Part shown: positions 1 through 14,781 of the stretch, in pieces
Position numbering within the stretch: position 1 is the stretch's first letter
Layout: each line of letters opens with the position of its first letter
From: Octopus sinensis
Taxonomy: Eukaryota
Assembly (NCBI RefSeq): GCF_006345805.1
Contig: NC_042999.1
Coordinates: 91,884,001-91,948,000 of the forward strand
Direction: 5' to 3'
Length of the DNA stretch: 64,000 nucleotides
The notes under the pieces: model-generated
Databases searched by the model: none
What the model was told of the DNA's origin: nothing
Seen by the model: only the letters and a program-made list of their open reading frames with translations
Program-made: the position numbers and the translations under genes

Positions 1-281
1 GCTAGCTCAATAATAATTATCCTTGGGTTCTGATTTGGGAAGAATATTGTGTAAAATGTCTGTAACGTTTCCTTCGATTCTTTATATTCCGCGCTCGAAT
101 ACCGCCTAGGCCAACTTTGTCTTCCATGATTGCAGGGTCGATAAAATATATTAGTTAAATAGGATGGTTGATGATATCGACTTATCCCCTCTAAGTGTCG
201 CATGTTATTCTGTAAGAGTATATTTTGTGTATGTGTTTGAGCGAGTGTGTGTGCGCGGGATGGTATGAATATGTTCATTTG

Positions 282-498
282 TACGAGTGGATGCTGAGTA
301 GCTCCTGGCTTTAAGAGTATCGCAAAAAGCCTGGTTGAAGGACCAACTTTCCGAGTCCTTTTACAGAGCTTAGAAAACTGAAAGAACGCTGCAATAAGTG
401 TGCGAATCTGAGAGGGGGATATATTGAATAAGACCAAAATTAACTGATCCTCCTGTATCTTCTTTTACTCAAAGCCAGGAGCTTTTCAGCCCCTCTCC
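282..498 (+). mobile_element. Mariner-derived MITE (internal deletion derivative)
   Basis: Imperfect TIRs GCTGAGTAGCTCCTGGCTTT (293-312) and AAAGCCAGGAGCTTTTCAGC (471-490), TA at 282-283. The interior translates with one frameshift to KAWLKDQLSESF..ELRKLKERCNKCANLRGGYIE*, resembling the mariner transposase C-terminus. Confidence 0.75.
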
Positions 499-1390
499 TC
501 TCAAATGTGTCACAGTTATGGATGACATCATAGTAACTACGCGTTGAATGCATGTTAGGTTGTGCATAATGCTACAGCGTTTTTTTTTTTCGTTTTCTTA
601 GTGAGAAATGACGAAATTTGTTTAAAAAGGTGTTGGTATCATAAGAAACGAAATTATTCTCTTTCGTGGTTTCAGGAACCATTTTCTAAAATAAATTTCA
701 CGCACAGTCGCTTATGTCTAATTCTATATAGGTTGAAATATTTTGGCACTGCGCATGTTAATTTAAAAACAAAGAACCCTCATACAAGTAAACAGACTTT
801 GAATTTTAGAATCGTATTGATGAATGAGATTCTAGGAAAATAAATAGATTAACGCTATAATTACACGTCGCAGATTGGCAGATTAGTTACAGAGTTTGAA
901 AAGTGCCATGTGGTGTATATTCTGGCGTTTTTAAGTTCTGAGTGTAAACTCGATCCAGGTCAAATTTGCCTTTTATTCGTCCAGTGTTGACTCTCATTAT
1001 TCAAGAAGGGGCTCTTCGACTATCTGGACTAGCTCCTACCCTCACAAATTGCAGGAAATATATTTATTGCATCTAAATATTTTGATAATGGTAAATAACG
1101 AAATAGTGTTAAAATATAAAATTTCCTGTATAATTTCAGGTGAGATATTTAGAACTGATAAACGGAATTGGCATTAAGTAATGTGAATTTTGTATTTTTT
1201 TAAAATCTCCCTTCCTGCCTTTCGAACGCCACGCACGCACACAAACATGCTTACTCCCCAACACACACACACTACTGGAATAATCACGCACAAACACACA
1301 CACGCAAACACACGCACACACACACAAACACGATTCCAAGAAAATGTTAATCGTCTATTTTACTTCACCCAAAACAAATAAGAAACTACT

Positions 1391-1426
<36 letters not shown>

Positions 1427-2487
1427 GTGCGTGTGAGAGTGTGTGATATTATATATGTTTATGTGTTTTGTGTATATATGCGCCTATATATTATATATGT
1501 ATATATTACGCCTATGCATGTATGTATAAGTGATTATTATTATCTGCTGGCTTGTTCGAGCGTAATTTTTATATGGCTCTTAAATGTTTTGGATTTTATC
1601 ATAGAAACATTAAGATCTAAATTGAAAGACGTTCCAGCCGAGACCATACTCACATTATTCTCAGCTAAGTGTACGTGGGATTATATTTCCTAATGTATCG
1701 CTTTCATTTCAAAGACGATATGGCGAGTTAAGAAGAAGCTAAACTTACTAGAAAAAAACGAGGGATGTTATCATTGACTTGTTCGAAATTATTATTATTG
1801 AATGTAAAGAATGTGACTCAGGGTTTTGCTATACTTTTTTTTTACCTCTGCATTATGAGCTCAAATACAGATGATTTTTTTAAATAACGCTCCACACATC
1901 AATCGGTTAGATGGTTGGTGAATAACCATCGACTAAATCGTTCACATTCATGAACATTCAATTTCTACTGTGGTAAAGTCAACAACCAGAATCATATCTG
2001 AATCTTTGAAATAGCAAAACAAAAACCAGACAGTTTGTTCGTAAATTAATTAGTTATGACGTAAATTGATTAATTATGTCATCGTCTGTGTGTTTTATTG
2101 ATAATGGGAAAATATTACTTATACATAAAAAAAAAACAACTTATCTTAGCGGATTACAATATCAAATTTTCAGAGTCTGCATAACTCACATTCGTTACAT
2201 CGAAGATTTATAACTGACTGCGTATTGTGTCATGGTATCAACGAGCATAATTACTAATGATATAAATACAATCCAGTATAGAACCTACAGGCTTATCCTA
2301 CGAGTTGCGCAATATCTGAAGATTTGCTATTGCAATCAGCTATTAAATCAATTATTTTTTTATAAATGATACTTTTCTAAAACGACGCAATAATTAATGA
2401 AAAAAATTTCGTCTTGCTTTGCTTTCTCGTTTCGTCTACACGCATGCATATATATATATATATATTATATATATATATAATTATATA

Positions 2488-2520
<33 letters not shown>

Positions 2521-2639
2521 TTATATATAATCATATATATGTTACTGTGTACGTATATATATATATACATAAATACACACACACACATATATATATATAA
2601 ATATATATATACATACACATATACATACATATATATACA

Positions 2640-2698
<59 letters not shown>

Positions 2699-2699
2699 A

Positions 2700-2760
2700 C
2701 ACTCTTACTCTTTTACTCGTTTCACCCATGCGGCCGTGGTCATGCTGGAGCACCACCACG
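2700..2760 (-). mobile_element. SINE-B 3' tail fragment next to a (TA)n run
   Basis: Reverse complement GGTGGTGCTCCAGCATGACCAC..GAAACGAGTAAAAGAGTAAGAGT matches the 3' end of the full-length SINE-B at 47507-48006. Confidence 0.75.
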
Positions 2761-3039
2761 GTCTTTCTGACTGCTTCAGTCTAGGTGTATCACATCAACA
2801 CTGCTATATCTGCCTTTGTCCCAGCTGTTGGTTCATCCGGTATTGTGAAAAGGAGAAAGTCTAATTCCTTTCGAAGACATCTGTTTACATAGAATGGAAT
2901 GTTAAGAAAATCAGTGGTGTGTAACATTATAAATATGATTATGATGCAATTTCTGTATAGTGGAACTAATTGAGAAACACCACCATCGCAAATTTCCCTG
3001 AACGTTAAAGGCAGGTCCTTTCTTCAATCGCCATCTCCG

Positions 3040-3590
3040 ACTTAAGGGCTTATACTGAGGGTGCTCTCATTTACCCTTATATTATCTCATCTCTTTAATC
3101 TACCTTTCAATAGATTCAGTCGAGCTAGTACCTCCCTTGTCAATCGCAAATTCTTTCTAGACTGAAACTTAAGAAGACTATGACGGTTCTCAAAAACAGG
3201 AAATTCACCCTCACCCATCACACAATCTCTTTCGCTATAGTCACAAGGCAGAGGAGAATTACCTTCCAAGCCTGCTTAAAGGATTATGGTGAGGGTATCA
3301 TCACGATGGATTTATAAGAGAGCCAGATCTGTCTCACATGTGACAGTGCTACAAGTTAGCAATGCTCTGACACCGGAACTATGGCGAAGAGAACTATTTC
3401 GTCACTTCGCGCGCACCTCGGACAGAACCATATGGTAGAACTTCAGTGCATGTAGAATATGTCTCAAATCTGAAACACACCTCGGTAGTACTGCTAAACC
3501 AAGGAAATTATCCATAGCAGTCCTAATCGAAAAGAACCCGCAATAGGATTGCCAGTTCATTTTCTTCCACACATATAGTCTACCTAAAAT
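3040..3590 (-). mobile_element. Degenerate Tx1/L1-clade LINE ORF2 C-terminus
   Basis: Minus-strand translation with stops: SLV*QYYRGVFQI*D..FCPRCARSDEIVLFAIV (zinc-finger region), LVTIAKEIV*WVR and RKNLRLTREVLAR. Homologous to 13127-13260 and 35494-35800. Confidence 0.7.
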
Positions 3591-4758
3591 GTTTTCATTT
3601 TCCTCTCTTTCCAGTTTGATTGGCTTGTTCGAAATTATTATATAATTATTATTATTATTATATAATTATTATATAATGGAGTCGAGTTAATTCATTATAA
3701 GTTGTTAGAGTATAATATCCAACAACAGCTTTGCCCAACTGATGGAGCGTATTGAACGTCAGACAACGTTCTAGTTGCCAGGCACCCAGTATCATGCACT
3801 GTCTAGAAATCTCTGGTGGTGATGCTACTATTGTACTTGTTTTGCGTATCAGAAGCCAGGGCATGCTGAACCTGCCATAAAAAGTATGCTAGCAGCAGAG
3901 GGACTGCCTGATCAGCTTCTTTCATGTCCTGCTTAACTTAGACCAAGAGCCATAATCCTCTTCCTCGATTAGTTTTATTTTTCCCTTTCAAGTAATCCTT
4001 AATTTTGTTTCATCTACTGAAGGCAAAAACGCCACAATACTAATTCTGGAGGTAGCTCGACCACGCACATCTGTTCGCTGTTGTAATTTATTCTGAGTGC
4101 AAAATTCTCTTTTTTTTTTTTTTAATAAGGACGATGAAGTGCTTCTTTGCCTTCCGTTTCCGTGGCAGATTTGACATCCAACGCGCCAAGTTATTTTTCC
4201 GTGGTTGTTGTTTGTTCCCACACAAACATCAGGTATCTTTCTACTTGTTCATGTATGAGCAACTCGACTTACTGTGTTTTCATGTTTATGTTTCGGGTTC
4301 TTTCCATGCATCTTTTTTTCTCTCTACCAGTTCCACTGGAAATATCCCAGCAAAACTATTTCCCCTTTCAATTTCAGAACCTAGTAATATTCTTTATTTC
4401 ATGCAGTTGGTTGTCGCATATTTTTTTTTCATTTGTGATTCTTGTTATTGCAAGCCGCTTTGTAACAACCCTCGTTGACCGCTGATACAAACGGTTGCCA
4501 GACGGCGGCAGTGGTGGTCGTGATGTTGCTACAGTTGTTATTGCTGCTGTACTAGTGATGGTACTGTGGCTGTGATACGTGGGTGGGTGGATGAGTGGCG
4601 GGGCTAAGGGGTGCTTGGGAGAGTTGTTGCTATTATTGCTGCAGCCGCCGTTGTTGTTGTAACCTTTTGAAGATAAGCGCCACTCAAGCACTGAAGTAGA
4701 TATCGACTATTCCCTATTCCCTCAAAACTGTTGGCATTGCACCAAAATTATAAATTAA

Positions 4759-5700
4759 AGGCAGCGAGCTGGCTGAACCGTTTAGCACGTCGGACGTAGA
4801 TGCTTAGTGGCATTTCCTCCTGTTTTACATTCTGAGTTCAAATTCATACCAGTTTGTTTTTGCCTTATATTCTTTTGGTGTCGATAAAATAAGCATCAAT
4901 TGGGCACTGGCGTTGATGTAATCTAGTAGGCCCCTCCCTCAAAATGTCTGGCGTTGTGTCTATAGTAGAAATGATTATTATTATTAGAAAGTATGTAGGA
5001 ATATAAAATCATTAGCATGTCAGACATAATGCTTCTCGGTATTTCTTCCCACTCATTACGTTCAGATTTCAAACTCCGAGTTAATCGACTTTCCCCCTTA
5101 CCACCACCACTCTAAAAATATTACTGGTTTTGTGCCAAAGTATTCGTTCTGAGTTCAAAGCCCCCCGAAGTCGATTTTGCCTTTCATCCCTTTCGGGGCC
5201 GATAAGTACTGGGGTCGATGTATTCGACTATCTCCCTCCCGCAAATTTGAGGCCTTATGCCTTTTGTAGAAACTATTATTATTATGAGAATAAAGAGAGA
5301 AGGTAGATTGGCAGAATTCTTAAGCTATTCCAAATATCCCTTACGGTGTTTGTTCCGTCCCTTCACGTTCTAAGTTCTGAAGCCACCTTTTGCATTTATT
5401 GTTTTGGGTTAAATAAAATAAGCACCAATCATACATATGAATTGATATAATCGATTTTAAAAAAACCCTAAAAATATTACTGTCCTTCTAAATTAAAAAA
5501 ATTAAGAGTTCTGGATTAATAGAAAAATATTCCAGGAAGTATTTCATCCGATTCTTTACATTCTGCGTTTAAATCCCGACTTTGCTTTTCATTCCCCTTA
5601 CCCTGGGGTCGATAAAATAAGGTACCAGTTCAGTAATGAAAGTTGACAGAATTGAATATCCCCTTCTCTTCAAACTGCTATCCTTATACCTAAATCAGAA
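4759..5700 (+). mobile_element. Head-to-tail chain of about 5 old SINE-A copies
   Basis: Repeated A-box-like (TGGCAGAA) and B-box (GAGTTCAAA) head plus GGGGTCGATAAAATAAG body, several joined by (ATT)n linkers, all on the + strand. Confidence 0.8.
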
Positions 5701-6103
5701 TCCTGTGGAGCTCAGCTTTGTCTTTCTTCCTTTCTCGATTGACATTTATGATATCGACTAAGACCAGCCTCCCAAATTTGATCCCGGAAAAGATGGTGAG
5801 GGGTCAAGAAGTAAGTGTTACCACTACATCTTGGGAAATTCTTTGAGCAGTGGATTCCGATCTATGACGGTACCCGTTAACGTAAAATCCGCTCGGAGCA
5901 TGTGCATATGGGAGAAAGGAAGGAAAACAGATTAGAGAGGGCTCCTGCCCTCTCGTTGTCAGGACGATCCAGGTTTGGTGGGGTTTTCCTCAAAAAGTCC
6001 ATTGTAATATTTCCGCTATATATATAAAAAAAGAAGTATGTTTTGTATTATATAGTTCTTGTTATTCGTTTCCGTCCTTTTCCTTGAGCCCTTGTGATCC
6101 TTA

Positions 6104-6104
6104 A

Positions 6105-6156
<52 letters not shown>
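6104..6156. repeat. (CTA)n microsatellite
   Basis: Near-perfect trinucleotide run. Confidence 0.95.
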
Positions 6157-6220
6157 ATTCCTCTCCTTCTCTTCCTCTTCCCGCCTTCTTCCACCCCTCT
6201 TCCTCGTCATCATCTTCGGT

Positions 6221-6372
6221 AACCTGGCAGAAGGGTACCGCGCCGGAAAAAATTGGTTAATGACATTTCTTCCAACATTGCGTTTTGAGTTCAAATGCCT
6301 TTTATACTATCGGGGTCGATAAAATTTACCACTACCCCCTAAATTGCTGCCCATGTCCAAAATTTGAAACCC

Positions 6373-6416
<44 letters not shown>

Positions 6417-7085
6417 GTTGTTGTTGTTGTTGTTATTATTATTATTATTATTAAAGCCGGCGAGCGGGCAGAAACGTTAGCACGCCGGGCGAAAGGCTTA
6501 GCAGTATTTCGTCTGCCGCCACGTTCTGAGTTCAAATTCCGCCGAGGTCGACTTTGCCTTTCATCCTTTCGGGGTCGATTAAATAAGTACCAGTTACGCA
6601 CTGGGGTCGATATAATCGACTTTATCCGTTTGTCTGTCCTTGTTTGTCCTCTCTGTGTTTAGCCCCTTGTGGGTAGTAAAGAAATAGGTAATTCGTCTGC
6701 TGTTACGCTCTGAGTTCAAATTCTGCTGAGGTTGACTTTGCCCTTCATCCTTTCGGGGGTCGATTAAATAAATACCAATTACCCACTGGGGTCGATGTAA
6801 TCGACTTGATCCCTTTCCCCAAATTTGAGGCCTCCTGCCTATAATAGAAAGGATTGTTAAAGCGGTGAGCTGGCAGAATAGCTACAGCACCGGATAAAAC
6901 GCTAAGTGATATTTCTTCCGACTTTACGTTCTGTGTTCAAATACTGCAGAAGACTTTGCCTTTTAACCTTTCGGGGTCGAGAAAATACATACCAGTTGAG
7001 CAGAGGGGTCGATGTACTCGACTTACGCCCTCCCACAAGCTTACTGGTCTTGTGCCAACATTTGAACTTATTTTTAGAACTATTA
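6221..7085 (+). mobile_element. SINE-A cluster including a dimer (6454-6856)
   Basis: Old copy 6221-6375, then (ATT)n(GTT)n(ATT)n, then a young head-body-tailII unit joined at AAGAAATA|GGTAATTCG (6686/6687) to body-tailI, then another copy at 6857-7085. Confidence 0.9.
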
Positions 7086-7705
7086 TTGTTGCTGTTGTTG
7101 TTGATATATTGATGTTGTTGGTGATAATGATGATGTTATTTTAATACTTATCAACACGACCTAATCATCGTCATTTATCGTCATCATCATCGTCATCACC
7201 TTCAATATCCTTCTCTTCCCCTTCTTCGTCATCACCAACATCATCATTGTCATCATTAGAGGTTTACCAAAAAAAAAAAAGAAAAACAAATATATATATA
7301 ATTGATAAGCCACCCTCATCCACCACCAGAATTTTCATCACAGCACACTCATCGTAATTATCAGTTTCATCAACATCCTACTCATTTACTTAGAATATAT
7401 TCACTAATATGGATTGTTCATTGTGTATGTGTGTGCGTGAATGTAATATGAATGCCTGTGAATTCCCTACACGCGTAGTCCACGGACAACGATAGTTTCC
7501 GGATTGCCAAACCCCATATAGTGTGGGTGCCAACCATTGACAATCAGGCAACAACCACATGCCCCCGGCGACTGCAAGATTTGGGAGGAGCTAGTTGTAT
7601 TCATTACGCTGTAAACACACATAAGCGCGCACACACAAACGCGCGCACACACAAACGCGCGCACACATAAATAAAGGCATACACATATATGTGTGTATAT
7701 ATATA

Positions 7706-7724
7706 GAGATAGATAGATAGATAG

Positions 7725-7763
<39 letters not shown>

Positions 7764-7790
7764 CAGATAGACAGACAGATAGATAGATAA

Positions 7791-7883
<93 letters not shown>

Positions 7884-7906
7884 TAGACAGACAGATAGAT
7901 AGATAA

Positions 7907-7952
<46 letters not shown>

Positions 7953-7999
7953 GATAGATAGATAGATAGATAGATAGATAGACAGATATATATATATAT

Positions 8000-8044
<45 letters not shown>

Positions 8045-8067
8045 CGACAGACAGACAGATAGACAGC

Positions 8068-8147
<80 letters not shown>

Positions 8148-8164
8148 TATATATAGATAGATCT

Positions 8165-8209
<45 letters not shown>

Positions 8210-8270
8210 GAAATAGATAGATAGTATAAATAGATAGATAGACAGATGGATAGATAGATAGATAGGTATA
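7706..8270. repeat. Long compound (GATA)n/(GACA)n microsatellite
   Basis: About 560 bp of GATA repeats; source of the YLSI-repeat ORFs. Confidence 0.95.
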
Positions 8271-8644
8271 CAGATAGATATACACGCTCATATACACGCA
8301 CACACAGACAACGTTTATATATATAAGTAAGTATATATTGTCATATATATATATAATATAATCAAATATATATGTATTATATATGTAATATACATATATA
8401 TTCATATATAATATATCTATATATATTACAGCATACATATTTATGTACATATATATATATATATATATATATACATACATAAACATATACATAATACATG
8501 CATATATATATAATATATTATTATTATTATTATTATTATCATTATTATTATTATTATTATTGTTATTATATTATTATTTCATGTCGCTATGTATCTTCAG
8601 TGTTATTGCTGACTGTCAAAATAATATTCATCCATCCCGGAACA

Positions 8645-8679
<35 letters not shown>

Positions 8680-9784
8680 TGCATAAACACCCTTAAAACA
8701 ACCCACACACAAACATACACGCACACACAGACACACACACACATACACACACACGCACACGCATATTCCTACGCTAGATACATCATTTAAGTGTAATTTA
8801 GTGTTCATTTATTATCTTTCTTAAAGTTTCAGCAATTAGTTTATTTCACAAGCATCATGACCAAGATCAATAACAAGAAAACAAAACAAAAAATCACGAA
8901 AACCTAACAAACAAAATTAACAATTAATATCACATTGCGTATCTATTACCGTAACAACAACAAAAACAACAACAGCAACAGCAACAACAACAATAGAACT
9001 AGTTACAGGAAAAAAAAACTAAATACATATATATATATATATATATAAATATATGGTGGCAAAGTAGTAACCGAAGAAAGTGTGTAGGAAAAGGAAAAGA
9101 TAGTGAGAGAAGCAGGTAGACGGAGGGAGCAAGAAATAGTGGGAGAAAGAGGAAGAGCGAGAAAGGGGGAGAGATACATGAAGCCGAATAGAGGGCGGGA
9201 GAGAGGGAGAGTGAACGGGAGGCTACTATATTTACAACGTTAAAGAGATATTAAAGTTTAAAACAGACAACGATACATGGGAAGAAACATTGAGAAGAGA
9301 AAACATAATACAGCGAAATATAACAGAAAAAGAGAGAGAGAGACAATTATACTTTCTTATACACACAACATATATATATATATATATTTATACAGAAACG
9401 ATATATGTAGATAGAGAAACAATAGCGACAACTATACATATATATATATATATATAGGTATATAGATTATATAAATTTACTTATTTATTTGTTTGTCCAT
9501 TTATTTATTTAAATATTTATTTATTTACACACCCAAAGTGTTTATATATAAAGCTGTATCAAAGATCAACAACTTCAGTGCCTGGAACTCCAACAGAAGG
9601 TAAACATCCTTTTTTTTTGAAATGCTTGTTTATTCTTTTTAATTTTTCCCGCTCATGGTGTTTTAATTTGTCAAAGTTAAATCATATGACCACTGCATAA
9701 CACAGATTTACACTATTTCGCGGTTTCACATCACACAGTTTTCACAAACCCCGGTCGGTAATACAAAAAGAAACGACACATAAT

Positions 9785-9900
9785 GATTATTATTATCATT
9801 ATCATTATCATTATCTTTTGTTTTTCTTCTTTTTTCAAATTTGCTTCCATTTCTTGCCGAGTTTCTTCCCGACTCCTAGGGCAAAGAAACTCATAGTATA
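9785..9900 (-). mobile_element. Probable R4/Dong-type LINE 3' UTR ending in an (AAT/GAT)n tail
   Basis: Minus strand GGAGTCGGGAAGAAACTCGGCAAG resembles GTGTCGGCAAGCCACTCGGCAAA in the 3' UTR of the Dong-like copy at 40290-41620, and is followed by GATAAT/AAT repeats. Confidence 0.5.
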
Positions 9901-10016
9901 CTAAACTCACTAGTTCGTTCATTTTTCTTTTAAAGTTAAATTAAAATACATGGGTAGTAATAGTTCTCACATCGATAATGCTCTTCTCAATACGTGTGAT
10001 GTACCAGTTAAGACAA

Positions 10017-10022
10017 TGATTA

Positions 10023-10084
<62 letters not shown>

Positions 10085-10370
10085 ATTATTATTGTTATTA
10101 TTATTGTTATTATTATTATTATTAACGTCATCATCATTATTATTATTATTAAGGCGGCGGGCTGGCAGAATCGTTATGACGCTGGGCAAGATATTTAGCG
10201 GCAAACTTAACGCTCTGAGTTCAAAACTGCCGAGGTTGACGTTACTTTTCATCCTTTCGGGATCGATAAAATAAGAACCAGTTGAGTGCCGGGGTCGATG
10301 TAATCGACTTGTGCCCAGACTCCGAATTCCAGGCCTTGTGCCTGTTGTAGGAAGGATCGTTATTTTTATT
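10017..10370 (+). mobile_element. (ATT)n microsatellite (10017-10150) followed by a full SINE-A copy (10151-10370)
   Basis: AAGGCGGCGGGCTGGCAGAATCGTT head, B box, body and tail I ending in ATT repeats. Confidence 0.9.
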
Positions 10371-10639
10371 ATTGTTGTAGTTACTTGACTCTAGTCATGC
10401 TAAAACCCGGTTAGGAACCAATTTGGTTCAGTCTCAAAGTGTTTGCTTCGACCGTGTCAACTAATTTCTATATTAGTAGATATTTTGAACAATCTGCATC
10501 GATTTGTTAAGTCATGCTTTCTCATAAAGGGATACAAGACTGACTTACACCGGTTAACTAACTTGGAGACTCAAGCTCGTATAACCAAACATACGTATAC
10601 ACAGACACGAACAGAAATGCCACAGTATCTAAGCATATC

Positions 10640-10747
<108 letters not shown>

Positions 10748-10827
10748 AATATCTTTCTCTCTTTCTCTCCCTCTATATATATATGTATGTGTATATGCAT
10801 GTTTATATGTATGTATGTATATATATG

Positions 10828-10859
<32 letters not shown>

Positions 10860-10952
10860 GTTGTATGGATTGTATGCATGTCTGTACATACACACAATGT
10901 TTTCATATAATACAAGTATATATTATGATACACAAATATATATATATATATA

Positions 10953-10991
<39 letters not shown>

Positions 10992-11030
10992 GTATATATA
11001 TATATACACACACACATATATGTATGTATG

Positions 11031-11061
<31 letters not shown>

Positions 11062-11066
11062 ATATA

Positions 11067-11107
<41 letters not shown>

Positions 11108-11874
11108 ATGTGTATATATATATATATATGTGTGTGTGTATATATAATATATATATATTATATATATATATTATATCATATATATGTCTAAATATATGTA
11201 TATGCATCATATATGCGAATGTTCGAACACAGCTAAATGTTATAAGTTCATACACACACAGGAACCTCTACAGAGTTTGCTCCGACTTGTTCCATTCGCC
11301 AGGCATTCTTAGCAATCACGGAAATTACCCTAGCTCAGTAGATGACAGTGACCGAAGTTCCATGTTTGCTAAAGGAATTCTTAAGCTTAAATCTCTCGAT
11401 ACACGTTCACGCGCAAATAAAGAACAAATTATGTTTTCAAACAATAAGTTTTCCGAAGTTCCTCCGGTAACACATGACGGGACATAACCAAAACAATTGA
11501 AAAACTATACAATTGTGATTTAACCAATTCCGTCCCATTAACAGGGATGCCATATAGGAACACTAAACATACAGGATTTTGCTGAAACCCCTTGGGCGAG
11601 TACTCACTATTAGGTACATGCCTTTGAATGACAGGTTCGCGCTGAGACCTAGGTAGCTTACACTCATCATTGTTACCGCACTCACCCGCAGTTTGGTTAA
11701 CCCACTGGGGAGCCAGCACTTACCTCCTGTTCAGAACAGTTCCCCGCAAATATCTACAGGCAGTGGGTCCCTGATTTTGAAAAAAAAGTTTGCTCTATAT
11801 ATCGCACTGGAGAGTTGGTTAACCAGCTACACAGATATAATTATATACATGCATATAATATATAATATATATAT

Positions 11875-11908
<34 letters not shown>

Positions 11909-11954
11909 ATATATATATAATATATATATGTATGTGTGTATGTATGTATGTATG

Positions 11955-12000
<46 letters not shown>

Positions 12001-12369
12001 CACACACATTTACGCACATGTACCTACTATCTTAATTATATTTACACACTCACAGAGCTGCCTTAGCGGCGTTATAAGTCCCTGACAAATCAACGCACTC
12101 GGCGTCGCAGTATATATTTATTGACAGAAAGCAACAACAAACCTAGGTCTGAATTGAACCCCTGGATCCGTGGAACCCCGAAACAAATACCTTTAGACGG
12201 ACTACACACGCTTTCTCTCGCTCTCTCTCTCTCTCCTCTCTCTCTCTCTCCTCTCTCTCTCTCTCACTCACTCTCTCTCACACATACAAGCATACACACA
12301 CATATATATCTATATATCTGTATGTATGTGTGTATACATGTATAAGTATATATATATATATATATAAAA

Positions 12370-12428
12370 GGCGGTGCTCCAGCATGGCCACAGTCAAATG
12401 ACTGAAACAAGTAAAAGAGTAAAAGAGT
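12370..12428 (+). mobile_element. SINE-B 3' tail only, inside (TA)n
   Basis: GGCGGTGCTCCAGCATGGCCACAGTCAAATGACTGAAACAAGTAAAAGAGTAAAAGAG with TA runs on both sides. Confidence 0.85.
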
Positions 12429-12549
12429 ATATATATATATACAAGAAATAATCTATAATATAAATAATATATATATATATACATATATACATACATATAT
12501 GTACATACCTACATGTATATGGAATATGCATACATATATGAGTACAGAC

Positions 12550-12623
<74 letters not shown>

Positions 12624-12732
12624 ATACATATATACACATACAAACTTGTATATATGTATATGCACATAGATGTACATACAGATAGACACATAGAAAGATA
12701 GATATACGATAGATAGATAGATATATAGATAT

Positions 12733-13364
<632 letters not shown>

Positions 13365-14056
13365 TGCACATATATAGATATGCAGATATATCGACAGATA
13401 TATCCATATGTATATATATTCATTTAAGTTACACTTGAAATCATGTTTACACTCTATGCACATTCAGGCAATCTTTGTACTTTAGCGAATCAACATTCGA
13501 GCAGGAACTGTACTGGATATATCGATATACATACAACAGGCGCTTTTACACATTACTTTTCATAAATAACTGTAAAGCATCTCTCCGCATCTCTCTCATT
13601 CTCCTCTCTCTTTCTCTCTCTCTCTCTGTCACTGTATCTCGTTCATTCTCTCTCTTTCTCTTAATCTGACTCTTTCTCGCGTGTTTATTTGATCGGGACG
13701 GCTTAGTGTGCACAAACCGGCAGCAAATGAATAAATAAATAACACAAGCGAAACTAGTCAAGATGTTCTCCGCTCCATTCTGCAGACAAGGCATTCTAGT
13801 TTGGTTATAAAGTTTATTTGTACGTTGTAGCTAAATTTCTCTTTATAAATTTATGGACGTAAGAATTTCTTAATCTATACACATACATACACACAAATAA
13901 ATGTACATACGTATTAATATATATATATATATATATATACTATTATATATAGATAGATAGATAGATAGATAGAGTATATAGATAGATAGAATAGATAGAT
14001 AGATAGATATAGATAGATAGATTAATAGATAGATAGATAGCTATACGCACACATTA

Positions 14057-14093
<37 letters not shown>

Positions 14094-14396
14094 GTGTGTG
14101 TGTGTATGTCGAGACAGACACATATACGCACATATATAGATACACACGCATACGCACGCACGCACGCACAAGCACACACACACACACACGCACGCGCTCG
14201 CATACACGCGCTCGCATACACACACATATGTATGTATATAATAAGAATAGAAGAGGTAATTATTTGGATAATTATTTACTTATTAGTACTTTGATCTCGT
14301 TTGTTTCCGCGATTTGACAGATAAGATATTCTACGCAAAATTCTATGGAAGAGAACTTTTTTGTTATCTATGAATGTATGTATGTATGTATGTATG

Positions 14397-14473
<77 letters not shown>

Positions 14474-14720
14474 GTCTATCAATATATCTATCTATCTATT
14501 TATCTATCTATCTATATATATATACGTGTGTGTGTGTGTGTATATATATATAAACTTACTTGGAGGATAAGAAACGAAACGAGGTGAGGTGCTCAGTCAT
14601 ATAATAACAATTTAACAAATAAAACATATGCATACATACATACATTCATATATGTACATACCTTCTATATGTATATATACATGCATAATATATATATATA
14701 TATTATATATATAATATATA

Positions 14721-14778
<58 letters not shown>

Positions 14779-14781
<3 letters not shown>

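Noticed and set aside
4134-4691. Cluster of overlapping 100+ aa ORFs
   Set aside because: Low-complexity, strand-biased composition explains the lack of stops; no recognisable motif.
5765-5816. Possible mini-exon PPKFDPGKDGEGSR before a GTAAGT donor
   Set aside because: Weak acceptor, and the start overlaps SINE-A tail-like sequence (CCTCCCAAATTTGA).
6457-6530. SINE-A head as an HDV-like ribozyme (GGCAGA/TCTGCC pairing, P4-like hairpin)
   Set aside because: No 7-bp P1, no P1.1 partner and no J4/2 catalytic C. A tRNA-derived A/B-box head explains it. No CUGAnGA hammerhead core was found in the 184-bp unit on either strand.
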